From: an uncultured Chloroflexia bacterium
GTDB lineage: Bacteria; Chloroflexota; Limnocylindria; Limnocylindrales; CSP1-4
Assembly: GCA_963850035.1 (NCBI GenBank)
Contig: CAWKJP010000005.1
Coordinates: forward strand, 195,644 to 259,643
Direction of reading: 5' to 3'
DNA length: 64,000 nucleotides
The notes under the pieces are model-generated. The model had not been told where the DNA came from. It saw only the letters and a program-made list of their open reading frames with translations, and did no database searches. The position numbers and the translations under genes were made by a program. Shown in pieces: positions 9,941 to 19,675 of this stretch. Within the stretch, counting starts at the first letter, position 1; every line of letters starts with the position of its first letter.

Positions 9941-10817
9941 TCAGGCGCCCCAGCCGCCATAGCAGATCCCCGGGGGCGACGGGGTCGACACGCGTCCGGC
10001 GCTCAGCGCCGCCGCCGGGAACCGCGCCGCCCAGATGTCGAGGGCCCCGATGTCGGTCCCCGTTCCCACCACCTCGATCGAGGCCCCATCGCCGCACAGG
10101 GCGATGACGGTCGCGTGGCCCGACGCATCGGTGAAGCACCCGGCACGGTCCGGCTCCACGCCACCAGGTCCCCACTGGCCATCGCCGGGCGTCCACGCGT
10201 CGTCGCCCGGCTGCCCGGTCGCGCAGTCTGCCGCTCCGGAGCCGGACACCCGCCGCAGCCAGCCGCGCCCGATAGTCGGCGAGTGCCAGGTCCGGCGTGG
10301 CGAAGCCGAGCACCCGCACCTGGGCGACGAGGGCGATGCCCGGCCGGCACGCGACGCTGGCGACCGCCGCGACCGGCACGTTCGCCGCGGCCACGCAGGC
10401 GACCTTCGCGTCGTCGCGGAGGTCGGCGAGGATCTGCGACTGCACGCTCCCGGAGCCCGTCATCCACGATGGGACCGGTGGCTCGTTGTTCGGGTATTGG
10501 GTGCTCGGACTGGGTGCCGGGTTGGAGGTCGCCCTCGGCGTGGAGGTCGGCGGCACGCTGCCTTTGGGCGTCGCCGACGGGCCCGCGTTCACGAGCGCGC
10601 TGGCCGACGGCACCGCGGACGCGGCCAACGGGGACACGACCGCCGAAGGGGCTCCCGACGGGCTCGCAGCGCCGGGCACGCTTGCGGCGGGCAGGCCGGC
10701 CGGCGGAACGGACCCGGTCGCGGACGTAGCCAGGCTCCCGGACCCTCCGGCGCAGGCGGCGACCGCGAACGCGATGGCGGCGATCGACGGTCCGATCCGC
10801 CTCCGCGTGACCTCCAT
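9941..10817 (-). pseudogene. lipoprotein with Pro/Ala/Thr-rich linker; apparent frameshift near 10250-10290
   Basis: An ATG at 10817 is preceded by GAGGTGG. It has a signal peptide and lipobox (MEVTRRRIGPSIAAIAFAVAACAGG). The frame then becomes RG-rich junk, while a second frame (ORF 9941..10249) continues as a plausible C-terminus (...GCFTDASGHATVIALCGDGASIEVVGTGTDIGALDIW...). Confidence 0.45.
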
Positions 10818-11109
10818 TCGCGTCCACCTCCCACAAGCCGAGCGTGACCTGGATCGTCTTCGGGTCCAGGGGCGCCATGGTACCCATGCGGTCGATCGGG
10901 TCATCAGGCGCAGGGAATGGTGCTCGGCGCGGGGTCGTAGACGCCGACCGAGATCGGCCAGGCTGCCCCAGCAACCGGCGATGCCGGCCCGCAATCGGCC
11001 CCCCCGAGCGGGCCGTTCGGCTCAGCCGATTGGTACGCATGGTTCGTATCGCTCCATCGTGGCACGCATAGGCTCCGCTACGAACAACCCCCCGCTGCGG
11101 AGATGCACC

Positions 11110-11901
11110 ATGTCGATCCGCCGCTCTGTCGTCCCGATGCCGCTCACCCTGGCAATCGCTGCTGCCCTCGCGGTCGCGGCCTGCGGTGGGTCGGCCCCCG
11201 CTTCGCAGGCTCCGGGCAGCGCAGCCCCCAGCACTGCGCCTGCGGCGTCGGTGGCTGCGAGCGCGGCTGCACAGCCGTCCGTCGATGTCAGCCCGCCGGC
11301 GGCCGAAGCCAGCCAGCCCCCGGCCGGCGACACGGGCGGCCTGGACGGTGCGGCCGCTCGACTGTCCAGCATCGGCAGCTACAAGTTCAAGATGACCCTG
11401 TCGGGCGGGAGCTTCGGCACCCTGCTCGGCGCCGAGCCGATCACCGGGACGGTCACGACGAACCCGAAGGCCGCCAGGATGAGCATGATGGGCATCGAGA
11501 TGATCGAGGCGAACGGCAAGACCTGGATCAAGATGGGCTCCGACTGGACCGAGAGCACGGACGACAGCACGTCGTCCCTGGCTGATTCGTTCGCGCCCGA
11601 GAAGATGTTCGGCTCGACCCTGAGCGGCTCGGCGGCGCAGGGCTACAAGGCCGCCGGCGAAGAGCAGAAGAACGGCGTCACGGCCGTTCATTACACGGCC
11701 GACGCGAGCCAGCTCGGCGAGTACGGCTCCCTGTTCGGGGTCGAGGGCGCCACCTGGTCGGCGGACGTCTGGGTCGCCAAGGAGGGCGGCTACCCGGTCT
11801 CCATGTCCGTGCAGGCGAACGGCGGCAGCGAGAAGTTCCAGATGTCGTTCGACATCACGGACATCAACAACCCGTCGAACAAGGTCGAATTGCCGGTGTA
11901 G
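11110..11901 (+). CDS. lipoprotein (secreted, Ala/Ser/Pro-rich linker)
   Basis: ATG at 11110 (MSIRRSVVPMPLTLAIAAALAVAACGG: signal peptide and lipobox), followed by a globular C-terminal domain (...SYKFKMTLSGGSFG...TWIKMGSDWTEST...). It is divergent from the lipoprotein at 9941..10817. Confidence 0.65.
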   Translation: MSIRRSVVPMPLTLAIAAALAVAACGGSAPASQAPGSAAPSTAPAASVAASAAAQPSVDVSPPAAEASQPPAGDTGGLDGAAARLSSIGSYKFKMTLSGGSFGTLLGAEPITGTVTTNPKAARMSMMGIEMIEANGKTWIKMGSDWTESTDDSTSSLADSFAPEKMFGSTLSGSAAQGYKAAGEEQKNGVTAVHYTADASQLGEYGSLFGVEGATWSADVWVAKEGGYPVSMSVQANGGSEKFQMSFDITDINNPSNKVELPV

Positions 11902-11907
11902 TCACTC

Positions 11908-11967
11908 CCGGCCGGCACGGCCGGCCACCTCGGCGCGCGGTGCGACCGCCCCCCATGGGGCGGTCGC
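11908..11967 (+). terminator. two consecutive strong GC hairpins immediately after the stop codon at 11899-11901
   Basis: Hairpin 1: CCGGCCG-gca-CGGCCGG (11908-11924). Hairpin 2: GCGACCGCCCC-ccat-GGGGCGGTCGC (11942-11967, 11-bp perfect stem). Neither has a U-tract, as is common in high-GC genomes. Confidence 0.4.
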
Positions 11968-12256
11968 CTGCTGACTGCCGCGTGCTCGCTGGAAGAACGA
12001 GGCGGCCCCGCCGTACCAGTCACGTGCGCAATCCACGATGACCTTCCCGTGTCGTGCGCCCGGGCAGAAGCGCCTGCTCCGCGGCCGGTCGCCACTCCGC
12101 CCGGCAACAGCCGGCTGGGTCTCCACGTGAGCGCTCCGGGCGACTACGCCACGTGCCGGCAGGGCCGGGCCCACGTGCCACCGAGCGCATCGCGTTCGGC
12201 GGTGGACGCGCCGGGCTCGAAGGTCGCTCACATCGCCGCCACCGTCGAGACAACCG

Positions 12257-12275
12257 ATGACGTTCTGTCATGACA
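12257..12275. promoter_or_regulatory. conserved palindromic motif, site 1 (ATGACG-ttc-TGTCATGACA)
   Basis: Read directly at these coordinates. The same composite palindrome recurs at 26146, 31595, 36886 and 47310. It contains a TTGACA-like hexamer (ATGACA), and CAGATT lies 17 nt downstream. Confidence 0.35.
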
Positions 12276-12335
12276 GGACACCCTCGCGCGCTCAGATTGC
12301 GCTCCAAGGGCGACCGGCAACGTCGCTCGTACTGC

Positions 12336-14018
12336 GTGCGCCCTCCCTGGGCGCCACGCAGCGGACTCGGGGTGAGGATTGAACGGCCAGGCCTGGACGT
12401 GGTGAAGCGACCCGCGGTCGCGATCCGCGACGAGTCCTCCGTGCGATTCCGGGGGTTGCTGGAGGCGGCCCCGGACGCCATGGTCGTGGTGGACCAGGAT
12501 GGGATGATCGCCCTGCTCAATCTGCAGGCGGAGAAGCAGTTCGGTTACCGACGTGATGAGCTGGTCGGCCAGCCCGTCACGAACATTATCCCGGTCGGGT
12601 TCGCCGAACAACTGATCGCGGACGACCTGCGCTCGGCCGCCGAAGCCCTGGCCCAGCAGATCGGCACCGGCATCGAGCTCGCCGGGCGGCGCAGGGACGG
12701 CAGCGAGTTCCCCATCGAGATCATGCTGAGCCCCCTCGAGAGCGCCGAGGGGATCCTCGTCATCGCGGCCATCCGCAACATCAGCGTGCGCAAGGAAGCC
12801 GAACACCAGCTGCTCCAGGCCCAGAAGCTCGAGTCGATCGGCAGGCTGGCCGGAGGGATCGCCCACGACTTCAACAACATGCTCTTCGTGATCAACGGGC
12901 ACGCCGAGATGCTCGACCAGGACCTGGTGCCGGCGCGACGGGCAGCGCTCGATCTCGACGAGGCGCTTCGCAACGTCCGGGCGATCCGGGAGGCTGGCGA
13001 GCGGGCCGCGACGCTGACGTCGCAGCTCCTCGCTTTCAGCCGCCAGCAGGTCATCCGTCCGACCGTGCTGGACCTCAACGCCGCCATCGAGGCCCTCGAG
13101 CCGATGATCCGCAATCTCATCGGCGAGAACATGCGGCTCGTCGCGAAGCCGGGTCGGGACGTCGGTCACATCCTCGCGGATGCGGGCCAGATCGACCAGA
13201 TCCTCGTCAACCTCGCCGTCAACGCCCGCGACGCGATGCCGGACGGCGGAACAGTGACGATCGAGACGGGGGACGTCCTCGTCGACGAGCCGTACGCGGT
13301 CGAGCGCTTTGGCCTTCGGCGAGGGCTGTACGTCCAGCTCGTGGTCAGCGACACCGGGATCGGGATGGACCATGCGACGAGGGAGCGCATCTTCGAACCC
13401 TTCTTCACGACGAAGCAGCTCGGAAAGGGCACCGGTCTCGGGCTCGCAACGGCCTATGGGATCGTCCACCAGGCCGGCGGCCACATCTGGGTGTACTCGG
13501 AGCCCGGCGTGGGTTCGGCGTTCAAGCTGTACTTTCCGCGGGTCGAGTCTCCCGTGTCGTCCGTGCCGCCGGACATCTCCGTCGCACCCGCGTCCGGAAC
13601 CGGCACGATCCTCGTGGTCGAGGATGAGCCCGTCGTGCGCGACATGACCACGCGGATGCTGATCCGGGCCGGGTATCACGTGATCCCGGTCGCTGACGGC
13701 GCCGACGCCATCGCGCAGCTCGCCCGGCTCGACGAGCCGATCGACGTGCTCGTCACCGACGTCATCATGCCGAACATGTCGGGCATTGAGCTCGCAGGCC
13801 TGGTGATGGATCGGGACCCGGCCGTGGGCGTCGTGATGCTCTCGGGGTATACCGCCGAAACCCTCAACCTCGAGCGCGTCACGACGCGCGGGGCGCTGTT
13901 CGTGCCGAAGCCCGTCACTTCTGGCCAGCTCGTGCTCGCGGTTCAGCGCGCCCGTGCCGTTCGAGGGGAAGCCAAGGGGCGCGACCAATCAGAGCCACGT
14001 GCGCGGTCGGGCTCGTGA
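12336..14018 (+). CDS. hybrid sensor histidine kinase (PAS - HisKA - HATPase - C-terminal receiver)
   Basis: It has a PAS domain (...MVVVDQDGMIALLN...), an H-box (LAGGIAHDFNNML), an ATPase G-boxes (DTGIGMD, GTGLGLA) and a receiver (ILVVEDEP...VLVTDVIMPNMSG). The start is uncertain. The ORF opens at ATG 12270, which lies inside the palindromic motif, and in-frame GTGs occur at 12336, 12372 and 12399. The stop overlaps the next gene's start (ATGA). Confidence 0.8.
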   Translation: MRPPWAPRSGLGVRIERPGLDVVKRPAVAIRDESSVRFRGLLEAAPDAMVVVDQDGMIALLNLQAEKQFGYRRDELVGQPVTNIIPVGFAEQLIADDLRSAAEALAQQIGTGIELAGRRRDGSEFPIEIMLSPLESAEGILVIAAIRNISVRKEAEHQLLQAQKLESIGRLAGGIAHDFNNMLFVINGHAEMLDQDLVPARRAALDLDEALRNVRAIREAGERAATLTSQLLAFSRQQVIRPTVLDLNAAIEALEPMIRNLIGENMRLVAKPGRDVGHILADAGQIDQILVNLAVNARDAMPDGGTVTIETGDVLVDEPYAVERFGLRRGLYVQLVVSDTGIGMDHATRERIFEPFFTTKQLGKGTGLGLATAYGIVHQAGGHIWVYSEPGVGSAFKLYFPRVESPVSSVPPDISVAPASGTGTILVVEDEPVVRDMTTRMLIRAGYHVIPVADGADAIAQLARLDEPIDVLVTDVIMPNMSGIELAGLVMDRDPAVGVVMLSGYTAETLNLERVTTRGALFVPKPVTSGQLVLAVQRARAVRGEAKGRDQSEPRARSGS

Positions 14019-16438
14019 TCGAAGAGCGGACCAACCCGAGCGCTCCGATCCTCGTCGTCGACGACGACGCGGCGACACGCGACCTGGTCGCGACACATCT
14101 TCGACGCGAAGGGTTCGAGACGCGCGAGGCGTCGGGCGGCGAGGCGGCGCTGCAGCTCATCGCGGACGAGGCGATCAGCCTGGTGATCCTCGACATGCGG
14201 ATGCCGGGCATGTCGGGAACCGATGTCGTCCGCGCCCTTCGGGAGGGTTCCATCACCTCCACCCTGCCGATCATGGTCCTGACCGGGAACACGGACGAGT
14301 ACTCCCTGGCCGCGAGCCTCGGCGTCGGTGCCGACGACTACCTGACGAAGCCCATCCCGCTCGACGAGCTCACGGCGCGGGTTCGCGCCCACCTGCGCGG
14401 CGCGCGGGTCGCGGCAGCGCAGGCGAAGCGAGGGAGCGAGGAGCAATATCGCGCGCTCGTGGAGCAGTCCGCAGATGGCATCCTCGTGTCGGACCCGACC
14501 GGACGCTACGTCGAGGCCAATGCGGCCGTCTGCCGGATGCTCGGCTACCAGCGCGACGAGCTCCTTGCCATGTCCTCGCCGGGCCTGAGCGCCGACGACG
14601 ATCCGCTGAGCCCAGAGGAGATGGACAAGCGGCTGGCGGAGACTCAGGCGGGGACGCCCATCATCGTCGAGCGGCGCTACCGTCGGAAGGATGGGACGAG
14701 CATGCCCGCCGAGGTCAGCTTCTCCCAGCTGCCCGACGGTCGCCTCCAGCGCAACATCCGCGACATCACGGCGCGCCTTGCCGCCGACGCGGAGCGCACC
14801 CGGCTCGCCTCGGCGGTCCAGCAGACTGCCGATGCGATCTGGATGAACGACATGAACGGCATCATCACGTACGTGAACCCGGCGTTCACCCACGCGTACG
14901 GGTACGAACGCTCCGAGATCGTCGGTCTGTACGGGTCGATCCTTGATGGCGGCCACCAGGACCAGGCGTTCTTCGCCACGATCTGGGAATCGGTGCGTGC
15001 GGGGCGGACGTGGTCCGGCACGATCGTCAACCGGCGCAAGGACGGCACGCCAATCGAAGTCGAATCGGTGATCTCGGCGATTCACGAGGCCGATGGCCGG
15101 TTCGCGGGCTATGTGCAGGCCGACCGGGACGTCACGCATGAGCGACGGCTCGAACGCGCCCTCGAGCGCGACGCCCGCGAGCGCGAGACGGTCGAGGCGT
15201 CGCTCGCGCAGATCGACCCGGATGCCTCGGCCGAGGAGATCGCGGCGGCCGCGTGCGCGGTCATCAACGAGCTTCCCGGCGTCGACTCCACGGTGGCGGC
15301 CCTCCTGGACGAGGGCATGGGAGCGGTCCTCGCCGTCGCCGGGCAGCTGGCCCTCGTCCTCACTCCCGCGATGATGCTACCGGCGCCGAGGGTCGCGTAT
15401 CTGCGCGAGCGGGCCTCGCGCGGCCCGTGGTTCGAGGCCTGGAATCCAGGCCCGGACGGCGGGGCGTGGGCGGAGCAGGCCACGACGACCGGACTCCAGG
15501 CGATTGCGTACGCGCCGCTGCGCAGCCAGCGTGGCGTGATCGGCGTCGTCGGCATCGGGAGCCACGACCCGGCGACCGCCTCGTCGCTCGTCGACCACAT
15601 GCCGGCCCTGGCGGCGTTCGCGTCCATTCTCGGGGCGCTGCTCGTGCCCAAGCTCGATGACCGTCGACGCGAGGGGGATCAGCGCGCACGAATCCAGGCC
15701 GTCATCGCGGACGCCGCGTTCACGCCGTACTTCCAGCCGATCGTCGACCTCCATAGCGGCGCCGTCGTCGGGTACGAGGCGCTCACCCGCTTCACGGATG
15801 GCGTGCCGCCCGATGCCCGGTTCGGCGCGGCGGTCCTGGCCGGCCTTGGCATCGACCTCGAGCTCGCCACGCTCCGCGCGGCGATCACGGCCGCGTCCGC
15901 CGTCCTGCCCCCCGTCGCATACCTGAGCCTCAACGCATCGCCCGGACTCATCACGTCGGGCGCGCTTCGCACCCTCCTCGGCGGCGTGGAGCGGCCGGTC
16001 ATCCTCGAGATCACCGAGCACGTCGCGATCACGGACTACGCCGCGCTCCGGGCCGAGCTGGCTGCCCTGGGGCCGACCGTCCGCCTGGCCGTGGACGACG
16101 CCGGCGCCGGCTACGCGAGCTTCCGGCACATCCTGGAGCTCGCCCCCGACGTCGTGAAGCTTGACATCGGGCTCATCCGCGGGATCGACGGCGACCCCGG
16201 CCGACAGGCGCTCCTCGCCGGAATGGCCTTCTTCGCGGTCAAGCGCAGGATCCGCCTTGTTGCCGAGGGGATCGAGACCGGCGCCGAGCTCGAGGTGCTC
16301 CGCTCCCTCGCGATCCCCTTCGGACAGGGCTACCTCCTGGGCCGGCCCCAGGACGGACGCGGGCCGGGGCCCTGGCCCGTCGCGGTCGTGCTCGAGTCGA
16401 CGCCGAAGAAGACCCGAAGGTCTCGCCGGTCACGCTGA
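14015..16438 (+). CDS. response-regulator receiver - PAS - PAS - GAF-like - EAL protein (c-di-GMP phosphodiesterase)
   Basis: 807 aa. It has a REC domain (ILVVDDDAATRDL...LVILDMRMPGMSG), two PAS domains and an EAL domain with catalytic signatures (YEALTRF, EITEH, DDAGAGYAS, KLD, EGIETG, QGY). Confidence 0.85.
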   Translation: MIEERTNPSAPILVVDDDAATRDLVATHLRREGFETREASGGEAALQLIADEAISLVILDMRMPGMSGTDVVRALREGSITSTLPIMVLTGNTDEYSLAASLGVGADDYLTKPIPLDELTARVRAHLRGARVAAAQAKRGSEEQYRALVEQSADGILVSDPTGRYVEANAAVCRMLGYQRDELLAMSSPGLSADDDPLSPEEMDKRLAETQAGTPIIVERRYRRKDGTSMPAEVSFSQLPDGRLQRNIRDITARLAADAERTRLASAVQQTADAIWMNDMNGIITYVNPAFTHAYGYERSEIVGLYGSILDGGHQDQAFFATIWESVRAGRTWSGTIVNRRKDGTPIEVESVISAIHEADGRFAGYVQADRDVTHERRLERALERDARERETVEASLAQIDPDASAEEIAAAACAVINELPGVDSTVAALLDEGMGAVLAVAGQLALVLTPAMMLPAPRVAYLRERASRGPWFEAWNPGPDGGAWAEQATTTGLQAIAYAPLRSQRGVIGVVGIGSHDPATASSLVDHMPALAAFASILGALLVPKLDDRRREGDQRARIQAVIADAAFTPYFQPIVDLHSGAVVGYEALTRFTDGVPPDARFGAAVLAGLGIDLELATLRAAITAASAVLPPVAYLSLNASPGLITSGALRTLLGGVERPVILEITEHVAITDYAALRAELAALGPTVRLAVDDAGAGYASFRHILELAPDVVKLDIGLIRGIDGDPGRQALLAGMAFFAVKRRIRLVAEGIETGAELEVLRSLAIPFGQGYLLGRPQDGRGPGPWPVAVVLESTPKKTRRSRRSR

Positions 16439-16619
16439 GGGCATGCACGAGCGAGCGGCGCCGGACGAGGCGCGGGCGATCGCAGCGTGCCACGACGGGC
16501 AACGGCCCGGATGCCCTTCGGCGTCACCGGGTAGGCTGCCGGCGACGAGCCGGCCCGGACGCTCGTCGGCCGCCGGCGCGGCGTGACCTCGCCCGGGACA
16601 CAGCGGAGGCGGGGGCGCC

Positions 16620-18005
16620 GTGATGGATGAGCAGTTCGACTTCGTGGTCATCGGTGCCGGTCCGGCCGGCGAGGCCGCCGCGGCCAGGGCGCGAGCCCGC
16701 GACGCGACGGTCGCCGTCGTGGACCGGGAGCTGTTCGGTGGGTCGTGTCCCTTCTGGGCATGCATGCCCTCCAAGACACTGCTGCACGCCGCCACCGTCC
16801 ATGCGGGTGGCGGCGACTACGACTGGCCGCGCGCCTCCGCCCGCCGCGACTACATGATCAGCAGAGAGGGAACCGACTTTCCGAGCGACGCCAGTCACGT
16901 GGCCGGGCTCGAGAAAGCCGGCGCGGTCGCGGTTCGTGGGACCGCCCGGATCGTCGGACCGGGGCGCGTCCTGGTGACGCACGACGGCAGAGAGCACGAG
17001 CTGCGCGCACGCCACATCATCGTCGCGATCGGGTCGACGTCGAAGGTTCCCGCGATCGATGGCATCGACACGATCACGCCGTGGACGAACCGCGAGGCGA
17101 CCAGCACGCGCCAGCTGCCGGCCAGCCTCGTGATCCTCGGGGGCGGTCCCACCGGCGTCGAGCTGGCGCAGGTGTTCGCCCGCTACGGCGTGCCCACCAC
17201 GCTCGTGGCCTCGCAGCCGCGCATCAACGCGAAGGGCCATCCGCGCAACTCGGCAGCGCTCGAGGCGACGCTTCGGTCGGATGGCGTGGTGATCCGGACG
17301 GGCGTGCGCGCGGTCCGGATCCGGGCCCGCGCGGCGACCTCCGGCGCGCACGCGATCGACCTCGGCGACGGCACCTCCGTCGCGGGCCACGAGGTCCTGC
17401 TTGCCGTCGGTCGGACCGTGCCGCTCGCCGGCCTCGGCCTCGAGACGCTCGGCGTCGACGTGTCCCGCGGCACCCTCAGCGTCGGCCCCGACCTCCGCAT
17501 CGCGCCGGACGTCTTCGTCGCGGGCGATCCCGCGGGCCCGGAGATGCACACCCATCTCGCCCATTACCAGGGCGAGATGGCCGTCCGGATCGCGCTCGGC
17601 GACGACGTCCTCCCCGACTACCGGGCGATCCCGAACGCCGTCTACACCGATCCCGAGGTCGCGGGGGTCGGCCTGTCGCTCGAGGATGCGCTGGCCGCCG
17701 GGCACGACGCGTTCGAGGAGGTCACGGACCTCGCGACGACGTCGAAGGGCTACGTCGCCGAGGCAAGCGGCCACGTGACGATCGTCGTGGATCGCCCCAC
17801 GCGCACGCTCCTCGGGGCCTTCATCGCGGGCCCGGCCGCGTCCGAGGTCATCCACGAGGCGGTGCTGGCGATCAAGACGCGGGCGACGCTGGACGTCCTG
17901 GCCGACACGATCCATGCCTTCCCCACGGTGGCGCGGGCCATGGGCGGGCTCTTCGCGCAGGCCGTGGTCACCCTCGACGCGGCGCCGCGACCGGCGGCGC
18001 CGTGA
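16620..18005 (+). CDS. FAD-dependent pyridine nucleotide-disulfide oxidoreductase (dihydrolipoyl dehydrogenase / mercuric reductase family)
   Basis: 461 aa with an FAD fold (FDFVVIGAGPAGEAAA), a redox-active C-x4-C (GGSCPFWACMPSK) and an NAD-binding GGGPTGVE motif. Confidence 0.8.
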   Translation: MMDEQFDFVVIGAGPAGEAAAARARARDATVAVVDRELFGGSCPFWACMPSKTLLHAATVHAGGGDYDWPRASARRDYMISREGTDFPSDASHVAGLEKAGAVAVRGTARIVGPGRVLVTHDGREHELRARHIIVAIGSTSKVPAIDGIDTITPWTNREATSTRQLPASLVILGGGPTGVELAQVFARYGVPTTLVASQPRINAKGHPRNSAALEATLRSDGVVIRTGVRAVRIRARAATSGAHAIDLGDGTSVAGHEVLLAVGRTVPLAGLGLETLGVDVSRGTLSVGPDLRIAPDVFVAGDPAGPEMHTHLAHYQGEMAVRIALGDDVLPDYRAIPNAVYTDPEVAGVGLSLEDALAAGHDAFEEVTDLATTSKGYVAEASGHVTIVVDRPTRTLLGAFIAGPAASEVIHEAVLAIKTRATLDVLADTIHAFPTVARAMGGLFAQAVVTLDAAPRPAAP

Positions 18006-18095
18006 GCGCAGCCGCGTGACCGCCGGCGCGCTGAACCGTCGCGTCGCGAGCCGTATCCTGTCGGCTCCGACCTCCCGTGATCCAGAAGGAAGCGA

Positions 18096-19034
18096 ATGAC
18101 CGAGCCCGGCGTCGCGCCGATCCAGGTTCCCGACCACTTCACGGTGTGGGCCGCGAGCGACCTTCACGGCCAGCTGCAATCGGTTGACCGGCTGCTGGCA
18201 GTCGCCGGCCTGACCGATGGCGCCGACCGCTGGATCGCGCCCGCGGCGACCGCCCTCGTCGTGACCGGCGACGTCGTGGACCGGGGTCCCGACTCGCTCG
18301 GGCTCGTGCGTCGCCTCGCGTCGCTCCGCGCCCAGGCCGCCGACGCGGGCGGGCTCGTGGCGATCCTGTGGGGCAACCACGAGGCGCAGGTCCTGGGTGG
18401 GCTCGACGGCGAGCCGCAGATCTTCCGTGCCTTCCTGGCGTTCGGGGGCGGGGCCACCCTGCTCTCCGCGGGGCTGCGCCCGGACGAGTGGGACGGTCGC
18501 CCGGCGGCGCAGATCGCGGCGCGCGTGGATGCGCTGGCGCCCGACCTGCGCCCGACGCTCTGGACGTTCGCGCCGTATGCCCGCTGGGGGGACGTGCTGC
18601 TCGTTCACGGCGGTCCGGTGCCGAACCAGGAGCTCGATCGGTTCGAGCGGAGCGCCGACCGGCTCTGGATCCGCAGGGCGTTCTTCGATTCGCCCGATCT
18701 GTTCCCGGACGCGGACGCCTGGTCGCCCTACCGGGAGGCCGGGATCGGCCGCGTGGTCTTCGGCCACACGCCGGTGGACGAGCCGACCCTGTCCCACGCG
18801 GGCCACGCCCTGAACCTCGACACGTGGCGCGGCCGGCAGGTCACGCTCGCCCGGCTGCTGCCGGGCCGCGAGCTCGGCGAGGCGCTGTTCCTCTCCGAAC
18901 CGGCAGAGCCCCGCGCGCTCGCGGACGCGCCCGTGACGGCCGCGGAGGTCGAGATCTTCGACGCGCAGCTTCCCGCGATCGTCGACGCGTGGGTGGCGAG
19001 CCGGCAGCGCGGGGCGCTCACGCCGCCTGGCTGA
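18096..19034 (+). CDS. metallophosphoesterase (calcineurin-like phosphatase family)
   Basis: 312 aa with signature motifs (ASDLHG ... GDVVDRG ... GNHE ... HGG). Confidence 0.75.
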   Translation: MTEPGVAPIQVPDHFTVWAASDLHGQLQSVDRLLAVAGLTDGADRWIAPAATALVVTGDVVDRGPDSLGLVRRLASLRAQAADAGGLVAILWGNHEAQVLGGLDGEPQIFRAFLAFGGGATLLSAGLRPDEWDGRPAAQIAARVDALAPDLRPTLWTFAPYARWGDVLLVHGGPVPNQELDRFERSADRLWIRRAFFDSPDLFPDADAWSPYREAGIGRVVFGHTPVDEPTLSHAGHALNLDTWRGRQVTLARLLPGRELGEALFLSEPAEPRALADAPVTAAEVEIFDAQLPAIVDAWVASRQRGALTPPG

Positions 19035-19077
19035 TCACCACGGAGCGCAGACGCGGTCCATCCGGTTCAGCCCGGTC

Positions 19078-19524
19078 TCACCCGGGCGAGCAGGCCGAGC
19101 AGCGGCCCACGATCGAAAGGTGCGACAGGTTCACGTGGAACCGCCGGTCGCGGGTGAGTGTCCGCGTAAGCCGGCGCGCCTCGTCCGCCTCGATCTCCCA
19201 CGTGCTGCCGCACGCCTCGCACCGGAGATGGCCGTGCTCCTTCGACGGGAGGACGTGGAACTCCTCGCGTCCGTCGTGACCGTGGGAGTGGCGGACCAGG
19301 CCGATCTCCTCGAGCACGTCGAGGGTCCGGTAGACGGTCGAGGCGGTGGTCTCCGGGTCGATCGCGCGGCATCGCTCGACGAGCTCCCCGCCGGTCACGT
19401 GGCCATCCGCCCCGACGAGCACCTCGACCAGCGCCCGTCGCTGGGGGGTCCAGCGCAACCCACGGGCGTGAAGCTCGGCTCGTGCCCGGGAGATCGCGTC
19501 GGGGAGCGGGGGGGCCTCAGCCAT
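19078..19524 (-). CDS. Fur-family transcriptional regulator (probably nickel-responsive, Nur-like, given its neighbour)
   Basis: 149 aa starting at an internal ATG (MAEAPPLPDAISRARAELHARGLRWTPQRRALVEVL...HSHGHDGREEFHVL...HGHLRCEACGSTWE...). It has a Fur-family fold with H/C-rich metal sites and is divergent from the NiCoT transporter. Confidence 0.8.
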   Translation of the reverse strand: MAEAPPLPDAISRARAELHARGLRWTPQRRALVEVLVGADGHVTGGELVERCRAIDPETTASTVYRTLDVLEEIGLVRHSHGHDGREEFHVLPSKEHGHLRCEACGSTWEIEADEARRLTRTLTRDRRFHVNLSHLSIVGRCSACSPG

Positions 19525-19675
19525 GGTCGCGCGATCGTACATCCGTGACGCGGGATGCCGCGTACTTGTGGGTGTACGACGTGCCTGCGCCCCGCCCAGA
19601 TGCGACATCGTGCAATAGCGACGACCCTCTGGTAGGCTCTCAGTCCCTCTCCTCCGCGTCCCCAGGAGGCCCGCG
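19525..19675. promoter_or_regulatory. divergent promoter/operator region between the Fur-family regulator and the NiCoT transporter
   Basis: A 151-bp intergenic region with short inverted repeats (CATCC-N8-GGATG; CGTAC...GTACG) and a TGCAAT hexamer. I could identify no clear full palindrome. Confidence 0.35.

Noticed and set aside
10003-11691. 562-aa minus-strand ORF and the 534-aa plus-strand ORF 10297..11901
   Set aside because: They overlap each other and the two lipoprotein genes. Only the C-terminal 263 codons of the plus ORF (from ATG 11110, with a signal peptide) look like a real protein.
16524-18806. 760-aa ORF on the minus strand
   Set aside because: It is antisense to the well-supported FAD oxidoreductase and metallophosphoesterase genes. 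Its Arg/Gly/Pro-rich composition is typical of GC-rich shadow frames.
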